Assembly (NCBI GenBank): GCA_043745805.1
Contig: JAYTSD010000044.1
Span: 40,537-104,536, forward strand
Length of the DNA stretch: 64,000 nucleotides
DNA from: Fibrobacteria bacterium
GTDB lineage: Bacteria; Fibrobacterota; Fibrobacteria; UBA11236
Reading direction: 5' to 3'
This document shows positions 60,559-64,000 of this stretch, piece by piece (the stretch's first letter is position 1; the number at the start of each line of letters is the position of its first letter). The translations under genes were made by a program, and so were the position numbers. Under the pieces are notes generated by a model. That model searched no databases, had not been told where the DNA came from, and saw nothing but the letters and a program-made list of their open reading frames with translations.

Positions 60559-62913
60559 TTAATTGTCCACCGCGGGATCATACAGGTAGCCGTCATCGAA
60601 GAAGATCTTTCCTGCATACTCCACGCACCTCGCGTAATTGTTGTTTGGGCGAGCGGATTTCAATGACCACTTGGCTGAGGGAATATCGAATTGATATAAA
60701 TAAGTGGAGTCAGTTTTTTCACTTATATCACTGGCCAGGAATAACTTTTCCGAAGCGCCGCAGCCCGTGTTACCTCTAACCAAGTCGCTCGGGAGTGGGA
60801 GCGTGGACCAAGTATTCGATGGCGGGTGGTAGACCTGAATAGTTTTCGGAATATTCCAGTTGAGCAGATAAATATCGTTTCCGTAAGTAGCAGCGGAGCC
60901 TCCCCCAATAATAGGAAACGGCGCCTGCTTTCGATTCGACCAAGTATTCGTTTCGGGGTCATAGGCGTGCACGGAGGCTTGGATTTCCGCGGTTCGAAAG
61001 CTGGATGATCCAAAGGCATAAATGGTATTTTTCCATCCCCCGACTGTGATGCCGAAGTCCAAGTTCAGAGAATCCATATCATGGGGTTGGTTGAACTGAG
61101 TCCAAGCGCCCGTGGCCGGATCGAACAGGTTAGCGTCCTTGACTGAATAATCATCCTTCAGATAAAATGTCAGGATTTTATCTTTATATGGATAAGGGTA
61201 AAACGTCGCATTTACGGGCGATGGGGGAAGGGGTATGTTTCCAACAACGGGCCAAGTATCACTCACGGAATCGTAAATGAGCACCTGCATATGCTCGCCT
61301 TTGGCAAAAACATAAAGTTTCCCATTCAGATTCGTGGAGGCTAGAATCGCTGTATTCTTAGGGAAAGACCGCAGCAATTTCCACGGATTTTTTTCCACCG
61401 TCAGATTGAAGGGCTTTCCCGCAATGATTCGACGGCCATCAGTCACCCTGATGTCAATATCCTTGGCGATACCTGTATCTGCATTCGAAGGTATTCCGCT
61501 TAGAGTTCCGGTCAAAGAGTCGAATATGGCCCAAGCCGGTTTGTTGCTTATGGAATACCGTAAAGTATCTCCATCCGGATCGGATCCCGATGGAAAAAGG
61601 AAGATTTCTTCATTCGCCTTCACCTTCGCGGATGGCGTTCCGACCATGGTTGGCGCGCGGTTTCCCTTCCAAGTCAGACTGTCGACCCATAACTTTCCTG
61701 CATCATCCGTGACCTTCACATAAATCGTCACCGGACCTTCCTGCTTCCAACCCAGCCTGACGGAATCCGATTCTTGCTTCTTTCCGGAAAGAATATGTTT
61801 TATCGGGGCCGCATCGAGGGACTCTACCATCCATGCGATTTCGCGCAGTCCACGTGTTGGATTGTCCAGGTTCGCTAGCAAGGATAAAGTATCGGCTGCC
61901 TGAACCGGGTCCCAGGTTACCTCTCGCAAGCCAATAGCGAACTTGGTTCTGACCATACCTGGTCCAGCTGCTCTGACCCGCAATTTGCCGTAGGCCACAC
62001 CCAGGGAGTCGGATTTATTCTGTACCCTCACGCGATATTCCAAATCCACGACGTTGGTATCCGTCAGCTGAAAAATACTTTTGCCCGCGGTGCCGACCAG
62101 GGTATCTGCATAAGCGGCGCCGTCCGAAAAATCCACAGGTTGGTCAGAAAGCTTGGTAGTGCGTGCAAAGTCCCTGAACACCGCGTATTGGGAAAAGTCA
62201 CGGAAAACCACAGGGTCCCAAGACAAACGGACAACGGCCAGCAAGGTGTCGTAGGTGGCCCTCAAGCCCTGGACCACAGGTATCCCCGTGTAAGGGATCT
62301 TCAAGGTATCCGCTAGGCTGTCTCTTTTCGCAGATTTTACCTCAAGAGAAGTGTATAGAGGGGTATAATCGGGCAGAGTTGTGATAACCCGCAAGGAATA
62401 TATTCCACCGGCAAGATTTTCGAAATGAAATTTTCCTATCGCATCAACATTTGAGAATTTGTAAGTACCTAATATTTGTACCGTAACAGTTCTTGGATCA
62501 TGGTTCGGTTGTAGGCCTACGATTCCCACAACAGAGCCCGGAGCTTTTAACGTGTCCGAAGGAATCGAGTTCTTGTTTGAAACTTCAATGGAGTCGAGAT
62601 AAGAATACGCTCCATCTTTCTCTCCTAAAATATTGTACTTTCCTTCGGGCAAACTATCCAGATTATATCGTCCCAATGAATCGGTAAAGGTTGAAAAGCC
62701 TTTAGTAGTCGAATCAGGAATTTGATTGATGGGAAACACGCGAACACGCGCACTAATTGCGGGTTTACCATCAGCAAGAAAGAGATTGCCATTTGCTATT
62801 TCATTATCGACTACGGAACCACGATTGGCTTCTTGTGGTTGTGTTTGGAAAAGGCAGGCGGTTAGTAGCAGTCCTATAAATGAGAGCAGCTTTAATTTAT
62901 GTGGAATGTTCAT
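60559..62913 (-). CDS. Modular lipoprotein: carboxypeptidase-regulatory-like repeats, Ig domain, kelch propeller
   Basis: LTAC lipobox; TDSLGRY; NRAP..DPDGD..LSGIP; YDPETNTW-type repeats. Confidence 0.8.
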   Translation of the reverse strand: MNIPHKLKLLSFIGLLLTACLFQTQPQEANRGSVVDNEIANGNLFLADGKPAISARVRVFPINQIPDSTTKGFSTFTDSLGRYNLDSLPEGKYNILGEKDGAYSYLDSIEVSNKNSIPSDTLKAPGSVVGIVGLQPNHDPRTVTVQILGTYKFSNVDAIGKFHFENLAGGIYSLRVITTLPDYTPLYTSLEVKSAKRDSLADTLKIPYTGIPVVQGLRATYDTLLAVVRLSWDPVVFRDFSQYAVFRDFARTTKLSDQPVDFSDGAAYADTLVGTAGKSIFQLTDTNVVDLEYRVRVQNKSDSLGVAYGKLRVRAAGPGMVRTKFAIGLREVTWDPVQAADTLSLLANLDNPTRGLREIAWMVESLDAAPIKHILSGKKQESDSVRLGWKQEGPVTIYVKVTDDAGKLWVDSLTWKGNRAPTMVGTPSAKVKANEEIFLFPSGSDPDGDTLRYSISNKPAWAIFDSLTGTLSGIPSNADTGIAKDIDIRVTDGRRIIAGKPFNLTVEKNPWKLLRSFPKNTAILASTNLNGKLYVFAKGEHMQVLIYDSVSDTWPVVGNIPLPPSPVNATFYPYPYKDKILTFYLKDDYSVKDANLFDPATGAWTQFNQPHDMDSLNLDFGITVGGWKNTIYAFGSSSFRTAEIQASVHAYDPETNTWSNRKQAPFPIIGGGSAATYGNDIYLLNWNIPKTIQVYHPPSNTWSTLPLPSDLVRGNTGCGASEKLFLASDISEKTDSTYLYQFDIPSAKWSLKSARPNNNYARCVEYAGKIFFDDGYLYDPAVDN

Positions 62914-62920
62914 AATGGAC

Positions 62921-63754
62921 CTAATGGGTAACAGGAAAAAATTGCAAATTAAATTGAAATACTTTTTCTGGATGCGGATCTTCTTCCATTAGTGCCAGTA
63001 ATTTTTTTCTTAAGGCTTCTATTTCGGGAAGAGCTTTCTGAAAGGCTGATTGGGAGTAGGAAAGGGTAAGTGAAGAAATATGGCGTTCATCTTTTTGGAA
63101 TTTTTCTAAGGCACTCATAGCTAATTCCATATTGGTTTTTAAAAAATTGGCAGAAAAGAGTGATGCAAAGTTTGGATCTTTTTTCAAAGTTCCCGCTTGT
63201 GGGCGATAATTTCCTTGGGCATCCTTTCGAATAAATCCAAGCTTGTTCAATAGTAGTATGGCTTCCTGAGCTTGAGATGATTTAATTGCAGGATCCAATT
63301 TTTCAGCTAATGCTGTGAAATTCCCTTTAAAATTAAAGAAAAACAAAAGCTCTCGAATCGCTGAGTAATACCATTTACTATAAAATTCAAATTTTTCTGG
63401 ATCTACGAGATTAACCTTAACTTCTTTAAAGGCCATAAGGCGACGGAAATAATAATTTTTTTCTTCAATAGATGCTGCTTGATTGTATTGAATAAGTACT
63501 TCGAGATAGGTGGCCTGGTTATTTTTAAGCTTAAGTAGCTCAACGAGCTTAACGACATGATTGCCAGCTAGATTCGTCCGGCCTTTAAGAAGGTCAGCAA
63601 ACCAACCACTTGAAGCCATTCCCAATTTTTTGGCAATATAGCGTTGAGAAAAACTGCAATCAACTTTTCGTGCGGCTTCATAGTAATCTCTTAAGAACTG
63701 GCGATAGTTCATATATTCAAAAATGGAAATCAAAGGTTTTTCAAGAACGAGCAT
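62921..63754 (-). CDS. TIGR02147 family HTH protein
   Basis: IFEYMNYRQFL, SQR, FYSKWYYSAIREL, ERHISSLT, VFQFNLQFFP. Confidence 0.88.
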   Translation of the reverse strand: MLVLEKPLISIFEYMNYRQFLRDYYEAARKVDCSFSQRYIAKKLGMASSGWFADLLKGRTNLAGNHVVKLVELLKLKNNQATYLEVLIQYNQAASIEEKNYYFRRLMAFKEVKVNLVDPEKFEFYSKWYYSAIRELLFFFNFKGNFTALAEKLDPAIKSSQAQEAILLLNKLGFIRKDAQGNYRPQAGTLKKDPNFASLFSANFLKTNMELAMSALEKFQKDERHISSLTLSYSQSAFQKALPEIEALRKKLLALMEEDPHPEKVFQFNLQFFPVTH

Positions 63755-64000
63755 ATGTTAAATATATCTTTGATAGGGCCAATTGAAGACGATTTAAAAT
63801 CGAATATTCGCTCGATATTTTCGAACACCTAAAGGAATAGATGTTTAAATGGATCTATTGCCAAAAGGACACATTATATATTTAATGGAATCAAACTGAG
63901 GGTTGATCTGCGCCCTTGTTCACGGACATTTAGTTAAACAACACAAGCCCTCTTCTCAAACTCGGCTGGGCTAACATGGCCGATAGTTGAATGTTGTCGC

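Overview
AT-rich bacterial chromosomal window, most likely Fibrobacterota (TIGR02147-type gene next to a lipoprotein, CTD-like sorting motifs); the taxon is an inference. It appears to contain the replication origin. The core carries a complete F1Fo ATP synthase operon preceded by rsmG-parA-parB-M23-bactofilin, two perfect parS sites, rpmH-rnpA-yidD-yidC-mnmE, hldE, tex, tRNA-Met, fabV, a solitary dnaN, suhB and hom. There is no dnaA in the window. A candidate oriC (degenerate DnaA boxes, DnaA-trio motif, apparent codon-skew switch) lies at about 13.76-14.08 kb. Accessory content includes secreted enzymes at the left end, a deleted RhuM pseudogene with IS3-type ends and a REP-like hairpin, two small two-gene modules, a low-GC surface polysaccharide cluster and a GC-chimeric kelch lipoprotein. 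The two most unusual systems are (1) a translationally coupled operon in which lycopene-cyclase-like and PaxB/Pyr4-like membrane proteins flank a histidine kinase, followed by a response regulator, and (2) a PHPT1/Janus-like protein directly behind hldE. All family calls come from motif recognition by eye; no searches were run.
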